A stretch of DNA of 56,551 nt, filler included, from Stramenopiles sp. TOSAG23-2 (lineage: Eukaryota), in assembly GCA_900128395.1 (NCBI GenBank). It is 5 parts of 5 records of this genome, joined end to end, with 100 filler letters (N's around TTAATTAATTAA, not from the genome) between each part and the next. Parts side by side here need not be neighbours in the genome. Positions count along the whole stretch, not along the records: positions 45,357 to 56,551 come from LT649954.1; 4 more parts are not named here. One strand, written 5' to 3'. Shown here in pieces: positions 45,359 to 56,451 of the stretch. The position numbers and the translations under genes are program-made. The notes under the pieces were generated by a model, which saw only the letters and a program-made list of their open reading frames with translations, was not told where the DNA came from and searched no databases. Positions within the stretch are counted from its first letter, which is position 1. Each line of letters begins with the position of its first letter.

Positions 45359-46615
45359 ACAAAAGAACCAAAAATTGCGTTAGACAGTAGTAATCCACCA
45401 TTTTATAAATGTAGAGAACATGAATTTGCTACAAGTAAAGTTAATGAAAATTTTGAATGGATAAACAAAAAAGGATTAATTGGTTCGCAGAAAGGACAAG
45501 AAATTGTAAATAAAAATATGAAACAACATGAAACGAAACGTCATTTTACCTCCACATCAAAACGTAATGATAAAATAAAAGTGGATAATATACACGATTT
45601 TAATATATTACGTGAAAAACGAATTGAATTTATTAGTAATAATAAAAATTATGAACATGATAAGGTGGAAGTACAATATCAAAATGATATCAAAGCATAT
45701 TTTGCAGAATTGTTAAATGTTAATAATTTGAGGCTTGGTGAAATAAATTTATCATCTAATGAAGATGTTTTGCACCAATACGTTGGATTTGAAACTGTAT
45801 TAGATCCAGCAAATACACCATCTTTGTTACAAAAAAGACTTGGCCATGGACGAAGAGTATTTAGTTTGAATCACCCACTATTAGATTCATTTCCATTGGC
45901 ATTTGTGAATGTAGGATTGACAAATGGTATTGCTGATTCATTAGAATATATCGATGCACATACGGGGACATTGCATTTAGAACAAAATGCAAATACGGCA
46001 ATGTTCTATTCCATATGCACTGCACCTGGCTTACATGGATTATCCTTTGGCAATTTTTTGATAAAAGCAGCAGTTGAAAAACTTACTACGGAAATGTTCC
46101 CAAATAATCAATTGCAACAATTTTCAACATTAAGTCCTATACCAAGTTTTAGAAAATGGTTAGAATATGAAAGTGAAGATGATATCTTAGATGTAATTAT
46201 TGGAGACCAAAAATTTGAGCATCGTCATGATGGTGAAGAAAAAAGTAGGCGATATTTAATATATGATGGTGCTGATAAATTGACGAAAGATGAAATTCTA
46301 GAGAAGATTTATAATGTTAATAATCAAGATGGCGATTTTAACCTCACTCGATTACCATTAGTAGCACATTATTTAATTGATAAAAAAAGTCATAAAAATG
46401 TAGAACAAGCACTATGTCCAGTGGCTAATTTTCATCTATCAAATGGAGCTATATTACATCGATTAAATAAAAATGGTGATATGTCAATAAATGGCATCAA
46501 GCGTTCCTATGGTGTTATGGTGAATTATTTATATGATTTAGATCATTTAAATGAAAATTCAAAAAATTACAAGGCGAGAGGGATTATTCAATCGAATATT
46601 GGTTGGGGTTTGTAG
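45359..46615 (+). CDS. MLYCD: Malonyl-CoA decarboxylase catalytic domain; probably 5' partial
   Basis: TAMFYSI, GLHGLSFGNFLIK, FSTLSPIPSFRKWL, CPVANFHLSNGA, SYGVMVNYLY; frame open from the linker. Confidence 0.88.
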   Translation, partial: TKEPKIALDSSNPPFYKCREHEFATSKVNENFEWINKKGLIGSQKGQEIVNKNMKQHETKRHFTSTSKRNDKIKVDNIHDFNILREKRIEFISNNKNYEHDKVEVQYQNDIKAYFAELLNVNNLRLGEINLSSNEDVLHQYVGFETVLDPANTPSLLQKRLGHGRRVFSLNHPLLDSFPLAFVNVGLTNGIADSLEYIDAHTGTLHLEQNANTAMFYSICTAPGLHGLSFGNFLIKAAVEKLTTEMFPNNQLQQFSTLSPIPSFRKWLEYESEDDILDVIIGDQKFEHRHDGEEKSRRYLIYDGADKLTKDEILEKIYNVNNQDGDFNLTRLPLVAHYLIDKKSHKNVEQALCPVANFHLSNGAILHRLNKNGDMSINGIKRSYGVMVNYLYDLDHLNENSKNYKARGIIQSNIGWGL

Positions 46616-46873
46616 AGGTGAGAATTTCGTCCGTAAAAACAATACGAGCAGAGAGTGTATTTTTATTACATTAAAATACTCTTGTATTAAAAAAAATAAT
46701 ATTTTTGAAAAATATGTGAAATGTACGTAGAAATATATATATATGTGTACCCGGTATGATATATCCTCTCCTCAATATTATTTTTTATTTTTCTATCTCT
46801 TGGATAATACGCACACTAATCAAAACACAATCTCAATGTTTTTATCTCGTATTACAGACACTTTTCCATATTT

Positions 46874-49711
46874 CTATTTCAGCCGAAAATCAGATGGGGC
46901 TTTATACCGAAAAAGCTCATCATCATCATCGTCATCAAAATCGAAGCTTACAGTTGAATCACTCACAGAGCGTTTGACCATTCTAGAGCCACCAATATCA
47001 ACAGCATTTGGTTGATTAGTTATTAATAGCAAATCATCGTCATCATCATCATCATCATCATCACCAGAACTACTGCTAACTTCATATGTTGCTTCTTCTT
47101 CTTCTTCTGCTTCAGCATCAGCATCGCTTTCATCATCGCTGATCAAATTGATGCAATCGGCATCATTATTATTAGCTGTTATATTGTTTGAACCATTTAA
47201 TTCTTCTTGTAATTTTCGTGCCAAAATAGCATCTTGTTTCTCTATTTCATTTAATTGGCTCTTATATAATGAATAATTACTGCTATAACTTGGGCTTTTG
47301 ACAATATTATCATGCTTCTGCCTCTTTTTTTTTTTCTTTCTACCGCTTCCACCGGCTGTATTATTTTGTATCTTCAACCCACCAACACCAACAGAGGAAG
47401 GTACTTTTCGTTTTATACCTGCACTTGGTCTCTGATGTGCACATGAAATATTATTAGTACTAGTTTTCTTGTGACTACTGAAACCACCACTACTACTACT
47501 ACTACGACGATGACTACTGCTACTGCTACCAGTATTATCAATTTTATTCTTACGATTTAAAAGAAATTGGATTATATCACTTCGCTTTTTTGGTATGGAT
47601 TTAGTAGGTATATTTTCACTCCTACAAATTTGTTTTAATTCTTTTACACTTAAATCACCAAAATGCAGTTTACTTGTCTTATTAATTGCTTCAATATGAC
47701 GATTCCCACAATCGCATGCATTGCGATAGTGTGCATCACAATGTAAAATCTTTGCTAATTCTCTGCCATCCTTGGTCATTTCAAAAACAAATTGATTCTT
47801 AACTTTCTTTTTGCTTCTGTGAATAAATGCAAGTGAATTTGCTGATCTCGGATTCACTAAAGCTTTTTTAACATTGCTCCAGCCATCATATCCAAACATA
47901 TTATTGCTTGTATTTTTTTCAAATAATGATTTTTTTGAAAGTCGTGTAGCATTAATTCCACTTCCTTTTATGCTATCGGCATAATGCATCCAGTCATGTT
48001 TGTTAATTCTTAATGCCTCCCCATCATTATCATTAACAACACCAATCTCTTCTAATTCTTTCCGATGTATTGCTACTAATAAAGCATAAGTTGAAGTGTG
48101 TTCTTTAGGTATAATAGATAATTTATTTGTTCTTGGTGTAAAACATTGCGCCACCCTTTGTCTTTTTATTCTTGGAGTTGTATTTGCATTTAATGGAGGT
48201 ATAGCTTTTATATTATGATTGTTCCTTGTATTGGTTGAATTTTGTACCAATGGATTTCCTTCACTAGTATTTGTTCGAATCCTTGTTGCTTCTGGTAGTG
48301 GTAATAAACCATTATTCTTTGGTCTTTTCCCCAATGCTTTTGCAAATTCTTTATATTCATACTTATTCCAATTTGGGTTGTTGTTACTATTATTATTATT
48401 ATTATTATGCCTTAATGCATTTTGAAATTCTTTAAATTTCATCTCAAGAAAGTCCACAGTATCACGTATGTCATTGAATAAATGAGTTTTATAATTAGGC
48501 AGATTTTTTAGTTTTTCAATTTCAAACTCAACTTTTTCTTTTGTTGGACAGCCTTGCCTTACACAGCCTCCAATTCCTTTACAATTACATTCTCGACAAA
48601 CATTTGAGGTCGATCTTTCAGCACCTTCTAAGAGATAATGGCATTCCGCATTTACATCCCACAATTTTGATGTTCGATACATATTATGCCGTTGTTTTTC
48701 CCATCTTTTATCTTTCATAGAATCTGCAATATCATTACAAGATTTTCTCTCAATCAAACATGGAATAACATAATCAACATATTTACTTAGATTAGAGGAT
48801 GATGTTGATGATGAAAACGCCGATGGTGAATATTCTATTGATGATGAACGGTGGATAAATAAATAATCATTTAATTTACTTGGTAATGCTCGTGTTTCAA
48901 ATCTTATATTTCGTTGTTTTAATTTTTGTGTAATATCAGTTAAATATCGTCTTTCCCCACCTCCTTCTCTTAAATCAATAAATAAAACTATACCATCATC
49001 ATCATTTTTAAAAGATCCATGGTGAGATATGGTAGGTGCTTTTTGGGAATCATATTTATAATTTGCCATTCTTTCAGCTATCTTTCGTCCTTTTGCTGTT
49101 AATTGAAAACTTTTATAAGATATATCACAATAATCACCACGTCCATTAGTCTTCCGAATAATTTGTACAACATAAGGATTTTCACCTCCAATCAACCTAT
49201 GAAGTGGCTCCCAGGATATTGGTTTTATATTTGAATTAAATTGTGGAACAGGATCAAATGTTGTTGTTCGCATTCCATCCTTTGTTTGCATCCGTGTCAT
49301 ATCATAATAATGTTTTGCTCGACTACATAATTCTTTCCAAGGGCAGAAAATATCGTCTTTTGTAACTACACCTCTTTGTAATATCATATTTTCATATTCT
49401 AATAAAGCTAATATTATTGAAACTGCATGGGACGGAAATTTATGCCTATGCTTATGTCGAGAAAGTAAAGCTACATTTAACTTTGAATTCATTTTATTAG
49501 TATCACTTTCTTTTAATACTTTCATGACAATTGTTCCTTCGCCCATACCTGATGGTAGTTGATTTAAATTTCGTATTGGATATTCATGAAATGCAATTTT
49601 ATGTGCCCCTTTAAAATATTGATGTCTTTTTTGCGTTTCTTGTTGTTGTGTTTCAAAAAAAGCTTTTCGTGTTAATGCTCTAACATATTTCCATTTTTTA
49701 TCTTCATTCAT
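46874..49711 (-). CDS. MUS81-like ERCC4/XPF-family structure-specific endonuclease
   Basis: IDLRE, DYLF, ERKSCNDIADSMKDKRWEKQ, YLLEG; winged-helix-like segments; SAP-like LSVKELKQICRSENI; likely start MNEDKK at 49711. Confidence 0.8.
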   Translation of the reverse strand: MNEDKKWKYVRALTRKAFFETQQQETQKRHQYFKGAHKIAFHEYPIRNLNQLPSGMGEGTIVMKVLKESDTNKMNSKLNVALLSRHKHRHKFPSHAVSIILALLEYENMILQRGVVTKDDIFCPWKELCSRAKHYYDMTRMQTKDGMRTTTFDPVPQFNSNIKPISWEPLHRLIGGENPYVVQIIRKTNGRGDYCDISYKSFQLTAKGRKIAERMANYKYDSQKAPTISHHGSFKNDDDGIVLFIDLREGGGERRYLTDITQKLKQRNIRFETRALPSKLNDYLFIHRSSSIEYSPSAFSSSTSSSNLSKYVDYVIPCLIERKSCNDIADSMKDKRWEKQRHNMYRTSKLWDVNAECHYLLEGAERSTSNVCRECNCKGIGGCVRQGCPTKEKVEFEIEKLKNLPNYKTHLFNDIRDTVDFLEMKFKEFQNALRHNNNNNNSNNNPNWNKYEYKEFAKALGKRPKNNGLLPLPEATRIRTNTSEGNPLVQNSTNTRNNHNIKAIPPLNANTTPRIKRQRVAQCFTPRTNKLSIIPKEHTSTYALLVAIHRKELEEIGVVNDNDGEALRINKHDWMHYADSIKGSGINATRLSKKSLFEKNTSNNMFGYDGWSNVKKALVNPRSANSLAFIHRSKKKVKNQFVFEMTKDGRELAKILHCDAHYRNACDCGNRHIEAINKTSKLHFGDLSVKELKQICRSENIPTKSIPKKRSDIIQFLLNRKNKIDNTGSSSSSHRRSSSSSGGFSSHKKTSTNNISCAHQRPSAGIKRKVPSSVGVGGLKIQNNTAGGSGRKKKKKRQKHDNIVKSPSYSSNYSLYKSQLNEIEKQDAILARKLQEELNGSNNITANNNDADCINLISDDESDADAEAEEEEEATYEVSSSSGDDDDDDDDDDLLLITNQPNAVDIGGSRMVKRSVSDSTVSFDFDDDDDDELFRYKAPSDFRLK

Positions 49712-50267
49712 TGTTATATATATATATTTCTTTGGATTCAATATATTAAATATATGTATTGGGTATTAAATAAATGAATTATTATATATTGGCTCAACGA
49801 TGGGAATGATTTTATTGTACCGGTATAATATCTATATGCACACTTCTCTCTCAGTGTATACATATATGTTTTCTACATGCTAAAATATTCAAATAATAGT
49901 AGTAGTGATGCCTTCCATCTGCCTGTCCATACCACCAGCATAGTGCCATAAAATGAAATAAAACACAACTTCTTCCTTCGCAAAAATCCAAAAATATCAA
50001 AATATAATATCACAAATTATATAATGGATAGATTTAGTATTATATTAGTATTCTAATTTACCATTCATAGAATAAAATAATATAAATTGCCATATGGCGA
50101 GAGCCTGGAGAGGAGGTTGGTTAAAAAACAACACAACAACATACAATCTTTTTTATTTTTGTTGGCTATTTATTAGAAATAAATGTTCTACACATATATG
50201 TGTGAAAGGTAGATGGGTTTGATGGATATGTATGACATAATCATACATAACATATACCTGTATAAAC

Positions 50268-51965
50268 ATGGAAACACCAACAAATGCAAATGATAGTAAC
50301 AAGACTACCAGTGATGACAACACTAAGTTGAAACAAAAATTAAAACAAGTGTTAATAAAATTAAAACAAGCATTATTGAAAAATAAAAATTATGAGAAAG
50401 AGATTGAAGCGTTAAAAAAACAGAATGAAGAAGCAATAATAGGGGAAAAAGAAAAAAATAACGACGATGGGGATCAATTACTATTATATAAGGAAAAGCT
50501 TAAAGATATTGAGAAAGATAATTTAAAATTATCCAATGAAAATAATCAGTTAAAATGGCAATTAAAAGATGTACAAAATAAATATAATGCAATTAATGAT
50601 GAGACTAAAATAATAAAGGAAAATAATAATAATTTAATAAAACAAAATAATAAGGATACAAAGGAAATAACGGTATTGAAGAAAAAGTTGAAACAAGCAT
50701 TATTAAAATTAAAGACAACAAAAAACGAATTACAACAAAATGCATATGAATTGGATTCAATGAAATCGAAGTTTGCTGAATACAAAGATCAAAGTTCAAA
50801 AAGTTTACGTATAGCCAATAATAAAGTTGATAATATTGTTTTGCAACAAGGGTCATTCGTGGAAATCAGAAAAGAGCTAGAAGATGCTCGTGCCCAATGC
50901 GATAATGCAATAGTAGATTTAAAATTTGCTAATGAAGAAAAAGATAATTTACGAAAAGAATTAAATGAAAGAATCAAACAAACTAAATTATTGCAATTAA
51001 AGAAAGATGATACTACAACGAAAAAAAAGAACATTGAATTATCAGAGAAAATAACAAATTTAGAAAAGGAAATAAAAGATATGGAAAATGAAAATTTAAA
51101 AAAAGATAAAAAACACCAACAAGAGTTGTTGAAAAAGACGGAAAATGTGCGTAAAGCAATATTTGATCAAGAAAAAGAAGCGCTTGAAATGAAAAAACAA
51201 TTTGCAAAAATGAAAAATGACTTAGAAAGTGAAAAGAATAAAAACGAAAAGTTAAATTTGAGATTGGAAAAGATACAAGTTGAATATAATAAACAGCAAG
51301 ATGAAACACAAAAGGAAGCGGAGGAAATTGATGTAATAATGAATTTAGCAAAGGAACAAGCAAGTCGTGATAGTAATATGGAATTTATGAAGAATAGAAT
51401 AGCAGATTTAGAAAGTGAAGTGATTGAATTGAAAAGAACGAAAAATGCTCAAAACGAAGAATTAGTATTATTACAAAATAAAAAAAAAAGTAGGGAAATG
51501 GAGGAAAATTTAAAATTAGAAGAAATTGCATTAAGAGAAAAACGGGAAAAAGATTTAGGGGAAGTCGATTCATCAAATAATAATGATAATAATACAATCA
51601 TTAGTAAGGACAGCAATAACAGCAACAGTAATAAATTGGATAATGATACTAATACTAAAACAAACAATAATGTTGCGTCAAAAACTTCATCATCCAGACA
51701 AGCAACAACAGTTGAATATTTAAAAAATTGTTTAGTCCAATTTCTGTGTAGCAAAACGCTTGAAGAACAAAGACAACTTTTGCCTGTATTAGGAACAATA
51801 ATGCATTTTAATAAAAAAGAAAAGTTAGATGCAAGGAAAGCATTAGAGTTGCGTAATCAAGGTGTCTCTGGAAGTCTTATATCATTTGTATCAACATTTG
51901 CTGGAGTCAATACTGGTGGTACAACTAAAAGCAATCAACGTTCACCCGGTCCACCAACATGGTGA
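50268..51965 (+). CDS. GRIP-domain coiled-coil golgin
   Basis: Long K/E/Q heptads; C-terminal VEYLKNCLVQFL...QLLPVLGTIMHFNKKE. Confidence 0.88.
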   Translation: METPTNANDSNKTTSDDNTKLKQKLKQVLIKLKQALLKNKNYEKEIEALKKQNEEAIIGEKEKNNDDGDQLLLYKEKLKDIEKDNLKLSNENNQLKWQLKDVQNKYNAINDETKIIKENNNNLIKQNNKDTKEITVLKKKLKQALLKLKTTKNELQQNAYELDSMKSKFAEYKDQSSKSLRIANNKVDNIVLQQGSFVEIRKELEDARAQCDNAIVDLKFANEEKDNLRKELNERIKQTKLLQLKKDDTTTKKKNIELSEKITNLEKEIKDMENENLKKDKKHQQELLKKTENVRKAIFDQEKEALEMKKQFAKMKNDLESEKNKNEKLNLRLEKIQVEYNKQQDETQKEAEEIDVIMNLAKEQASRDSNMEFMKNRIADLESEVIELKRTKNAQNEELVLLQNKKKSREMEENLKLEEIALREKREKDLGEVDSSNNNDNNTIISKDSNNSNSNKLDNDTNTKTNNNVASKTSSSRQATTVEYLKNCLVQFLCSKTLEEQRQLLPVLGTIMHFNKKEKLDARKALELRNQGVSGSLISFVSTFAGVNTGGTTKSNQRSPGPPTW

Positions 51966-52158
51966 GTGATAATATATATTAATATATATATTATCATACT
52001 TTGTATGATAAAAAGATAATTCCGAGCAGAGATGTGTATGTGTTTGTGTGTGTATAATACGGAGTAATAATTTTCGTTTTCTATATATAGAGACTTAAAA
52101 CTACGTAGCGTATCATATTTTACATTTTATAAAAATGAATAAACACACACACACACAC

Positions 52159-55100
52159 TCAATCGACCATGGATTTGATTCGATTTCTAACAATATTAAT
52201 AAAACTCTCAATATATAATTGAGGATTTTGTACTCCTTGCGATCCTGTTTTAAACACAAATGCAATATGTTTCGTTGCTTTCGTAAAACTACATTCAACC
52301 ATATATAAACGTGTGGTATTTCCAGATTTAATTTTTTGTTCTGCATAAAAGTAGAATTTCGAAACACCTTCTTTTTCTCCACTTGCCATGCAATGGATAT
52401 GATCTTTCATCAATAAACGTTCTAACTCACCATCAGGCAATGAAGTTTTTAATCTACTACCCCATAATTTCGTAATATCCATTTGTTGCCATCTTCTTTC
52501 ATATTCTTCTGGCTCCAATGTAGGATTCGATATAAAGTTCAAAAGTGGATATTCTACAGGTTTCTTTTGTTGTTGTAGCTGTGGCATATTATTGTTGCTA
52601 CTTCCAGCCACACTATTTGCTGTCTTTCCAAAATTATTTACATTATTACCAAATGCATTTGCACCTCCACCAGTATTGTTGCTACTTCCAGCCACACTAT
52701 TTGCTGTCTTTCCAAAATTATTTACATTATTACCAAATGCATTTGCACCTCCACCAGTTGTAGCCGTGCTTCTAAATCCAAATAACTTCTGAACCTGATT
52801 ATTGTTATTGTTATTATTGTTATTATCTGTATTATCGTACGTAAAAGAATACCAATGCCAATTTTTTAATATGAAATTTGCGTCCAGCCCCGCTTTTTCA
52901 GCGATGGCAGCGTTCTCTACATAGGATACGTTCGTAACTTTTGATTGCCCAGCATTCATGGTACCTGCATCTATAACAGTTTTGACAATGTATTCTTGGT
53001 ACCCTTGAATACCACCACCAAAACCACCACCAAAACCAAAACCACGTTGAACAATTTTAGCATCATTCAAATAACTTCTGAACTTTTGTGAAAAGCCGGT
53101 AATTTTAACAATTCTACCGCCATCGTGGGGCTGATACACCACACCGCGTGGCACATTAGTTTTAGTACGTGAAAATCCACATTCAGATATTTTTTGGTGT
53201 AATATATACATTTCCAACCTTGCTTCAGCACCTGCTGGTAAATCTTTTACCCCTTTTGCGCTGACTGCGTCTTGAAATTTTATAGTTCCAAGATTTTTTA
53301 CACCTACCATTGTCGCCTGATCAAATATTGCACCATTCACTTTAGCATTACCTAAGTTTACATTACTGAGATTTGCCCCGGTAAAGTTCGAATTACTTAT
53401 ATCAGCATTTGAAAAATCTGCATCTTGTAGAGACCTATTAGGTCCTGAGAAATCAGTACCAACTAAACTTGCCTTTGTAAAATTTGCACGTGTCAAATTT
53501 GCATTTTTAAACTTTGTAAGAAAACTTGTCTTTGCGGAAGTGAAATTTGCGCTTGTTAAATTTGCGTTTTCCAAATTGACATTTATTAAACCGCATTTTG
53601 TAAAATCACCTCCAACTAACTCTAGATCAGAGAAATCAATTCCAGATAAATCGCATTTTTTAAAAATGGCACCTTTCAACGTTGTATTTTTAAAAATGGC
53701 ATCCTTCATCTTAGCAGTAGTAAAGTTTGCTTCACTTAAATTTCCCCCAGAGAAATTAACTGATCGTAAATCGGCATTTGTAAAGTTAACTTTCGACAAA
53801 TTCATGCCAGCCATATCATAACCTTTCAAATCACAATTTTGAAGATTTGCACTTATTAATATCATCTTTTGAAACTTTAAATTTTTCAGTATTGCACTTG
53901 ATAAATTTGCCTCACTAAAATCAACATCAGTAACGTTTGCATCAGTAAAATTACTTTCAACTAAATTTGCTTTAACAAATTTTGTCCTAGTCAAATTTGC
54001 TTTCATAAATTTAACACTTTTTCCATTTAAATTACTAAAATCACAATCACTACATTCACTATCAACAAACAAACCTGATTCAACTTCAGCACTTGTAAAA
54101 TTTGAATTTTGAAGTTCTGCTTTTGTAAAATCAATAATGTCATCTTTCGAGCATATTTTACTAAAATTACACCGAATACATTTACTATTATCAAACACAG
54201 AACCTGACAAGTCAGCAGAAATAAAGACGGAATCTTGCAAAGTTGATTTTGTAAAATCTAACTCCTTACCAGTGCATCTAGAGAAAGATGTTTTTGAACA
54301 CTGTATTTCAGCAAAGTGACCTTCAGATATTTCGCTAGAAACAAATGAACATCTAATTAACTTCGACTTTGTAAAATCAATTGCATAACTCTTTGATTTA
54401 TCAAAATCAATTGATGTGCATTGACTCTCAGTAAAGTCTCCATCTTCAAGTACTGATTCAATGAATTTTGTTTTCTTTAAATTGCATTTAACAAAATTAA
54501 TGCTTTTTCCATTTACCTTACTAAAATCACTATCGGCAATTTCACTTTCTGTAAAAATGGCACCTTCTGCCAATGTGTTTCTAAAAAGCCCATGGCTTAT
54601 TTTACTGCATTTAAAAGATGCGAAAGAAATATTCGTAATACTTTGACTAAAATTTGAATAATTTAAGCAAGCACCATCAACATGAGCTCGATAAAAACTA
54701 GATCCTCGAAAATCAATTTCTGTTAAATCCAATTTTGACATATTCATACCAGACATGTTTCTTTGCCCATTTAAAAGTTGCATTACATCCACGACACTAA
54801 GACGTTTGTAAGCGGTTTTACATAATTTTACAAGTTCAAGTAAATTATAGCGATTGCCTTCGCGTTCAAGCCATTGTAATTGCGAGACATCTTTCAATAT
54901 AGGTAATTGGGATGGGTCTCGTAGATATTCGGCTATTAATTCAAAATAACGTGGATTACCATTAATAATTAGCATATTTTTTTCAGGGCAGTCAGATTTA
55001 TCTTGCCAAATTTCTTGATGCTGACGTAAGGCATCAAAAAAGATACTACGTTCAAATTTTACTAAACAACGCCATGGAAGTTTATAACTTCTACCACTTA

Positions 55101-55881
55101 CAATCACATCAATACAAGCATTTTTATCGTCCGGTGTAGTTGCAAGCATTTCTTTAACTCGTTGTGAAATCAATTTTTCCTCTTTTGACAATGAATCTAA
55201 GTGTTGTAGTTTTTTTTCACAAGCTTCATTAAATTCCTTTTCTTGTTTTGTAATATTTACGAAATGATCCTTTTCAAGCTTCGATATACGCTCTTTTGCA
55301 TCAAGTTCTTGTTGTAACAAACATTTTTTATGTTCTTCTTCCGCTTCAATTCGCTTTTTTTCCATAATTGCTAAGTTTTCATTATGTTTTAATTGCATGT
55401 TTCTTAATTTTACTTCATGATCAGCTTGCTCCTGGGCGATATCGTTCATTTGTTTCTCAATTTGTTTTGTTATTTTTTTCGCTTCTGAGTTTGCAAGATC
55501 CCTTATTTTTTGGGCATCTTTCTCACCTTCTGCTATATATTTTTGTTTTAAAGCATTCAATTTTTTTTCTGCTTCTTCCATTTCTTTTTCCCTCTCTTTA
55601 AATGCTTGTAATCCAACTTCCATTTGTTTTAAAAATGTTATCGCTGAATTTTCTTGTTCAATCATAAATTTTTTATGATTATCTGCCACATCTTTAGCTA
55701 TTTGGGTTTGTTCCTTTAGTGATGTTAATAGTGTATTTACATCATCATCATTATCATCATTATTATTATTGTTATTAATTTCAATACCAATATCCTCACT
55801 ATTAACTTCATCATTTTGATTTGCATCCATTTTTTGTTCATCATCTGCAATATTTACACCATTTACATTATTAGTTGCCAT
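52159..55881 (-). CDS. Coiled-coil + BTB/POZ + pentapeptide-repeat (KCTD9-like) protein ending in a beta-adaptin appendage-like domain
   Basis: VIVSGRSY...INGNPRYFELIAEYLRD (BTB); about 490 aa of A(N/D)(L/F)xx repeats; LEPEEYERRW...IHCMASG...KFYFYA; likely start MATNN at 55881. Confidence 0.82.
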   Translation of the reverse strand: MATNNVNGVNIADDEQKMDANQNDEVNSEDIGIEINNNNNNDDNDDDVNTLLTSLKEQTQIAKDVADNHKKFMIEQENSAITFLKQMEVGLQAFKEREKEMEEAEKKLNALKQKYIAEGEKDAQKIRDLANSEAKKITKQIEKQMNDIAQEQADHEVKLRNMQLKHNENLAIMEKKRIEAEEEHKKCLLQQELDAKERISKLEKDHFVNITKQEKEFNEACEKKLQHLDSLSKEEKLISQRVKEMLATTPDDKNACIDVIVSGRSYKLPWRCLVKFERSIFFDALRQHQEIWQDKSDCPEKNMLIINGNPRYFELIAEYLRDPSQLPILKDVSQLQWLEREGNRYNLLELVKLCKTAYKRLSVVDVMQLLNGQRNMSGMNMSKLDLTEIDFRGSSFYRAHVDGACLNYSNFSQSITNISFASFKCSKISHGLFRNTLAEGAIFTESEIADSDFSKVNGKSINFVKCNLKKTKFIESVLEDGDFTESQCTSIDFDKSKSYAIDFTKSKLIRCSFVSSEISEGHFAEIQCSKTSFSRCTGKELDFTKSTLQDSVFISADLSGSVFDNSKCIRCNFSKICSKDDIIDFTKAELQNSNFTSAEVESGLFVDSECSDCDFSNLNGKSVKFMKANLTRTKFVKANLVESNFTDANVTDVDFSEANLSSAILKNLKFQKMILISANLQNCDLKGYDMAGMNLSKVNFTNADLRSVNFSGGNLSEANFTTAKMKDAIFKNTTLKGAIFKKCDLSGIDFSDLELVGGDFTKCGLINVNLENANLTSANFTSAKTSFLTKFKNANLTRANFTKASLVGTDFSGPNRSLQDADFSNADISNSNFTGANLSNVNLGNAKVNGAIFDQATMVGVKNLGTIKFQDAVSAKGVKDLPAGAEARLEMYILHQKISECGFSRTKTNVPRGVVYQPHDGGRIVKITGFSQKFRSYLNDAKIVQRGFGFGGGFGGGIQGYQEYIVKTVIDAGTMNAGQSKVTNVSYVENAAIAEKAGLDANFILKNWHWYSFTYDNTDNNNNNNNNNQVQKLFGFRSTATTGGGANAFGNNVNNFGKTANSVAGSSNNTGGGANAFGNNVNNFGKTANSVAGSSNNNMPQLQQQKKPVEYPLLNFISNPTLEPEEYERRWQQMDITKLWGSRLKTSLPDGELERLLMKDHIHCMASGEKEGVSKFYFYAEQKIKSGNTTRLYMVECSFTKATKHIAFVFKTGSQGVQNPQLYIESFINIVRNRIKSMVD
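52590..52757. repeat. Exact 84-nt in-frame tandem duplication
   Basis: 52590-52673 identical to 52674-52757 (TGGGANAFGNNVNNFGKTANSVAGSSNN twice). Confidence 0.95.
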
Positions 55882-56072
55882 ATGTTTTTTTTCTTTGTTA
55901 TATATGTACACACACACAAACTATATTCAAAAATATATTTTTAAGATATATATAGATTGAAATGTATATTGAATCATATATATCTACAGTACGACATGTC
56001 AACTCTCTCTATTAAATTAAAATATATTACTTCATTTTATATATAATATTAATAGTCTATTCCGTATATTAG

Positions 56073-56088
56073 TACCAGGTACCTGGTA
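56073..56088. promoter_or_regulatory. Perfect 16-bp palindrome TACCAGGTACCTGGTA in a divergent promoter region
   Basis: Self-complementary; half-site recurs upstream of other genes (20555, 25609, 29252). Confidence 0.45.
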
Positions 56089-56451
56089 GTGCTATAATAT
56101 CATATATCTCTATTTTTTCCTAAAGCTAAAGTCAACTACTACAGGTTCAATCATAATCAGACGCCGCAGATCATTTATTTTTTGAGATTTCAAAATAGCC
56201 GCCTCCTTAAAAAAGATATTAATACTTTACTACAGCTATACAGGTAACTTTAACTTGCCTTGGCTTGGTTGGCCTGCCCAGCCTGGTGTCACATATGGGG
56301 CATTGATGATCAATAGTTAGAAAAAAAAAATAATAATAATATATTTTTTCTTCATATTAGACTAATTCATTTCAATACATTTTCATTTTCCTGTATATAT
56401 ATATGTGTATCTGTAAATAATAATAATAACGTATATAGATGTATAAACACC

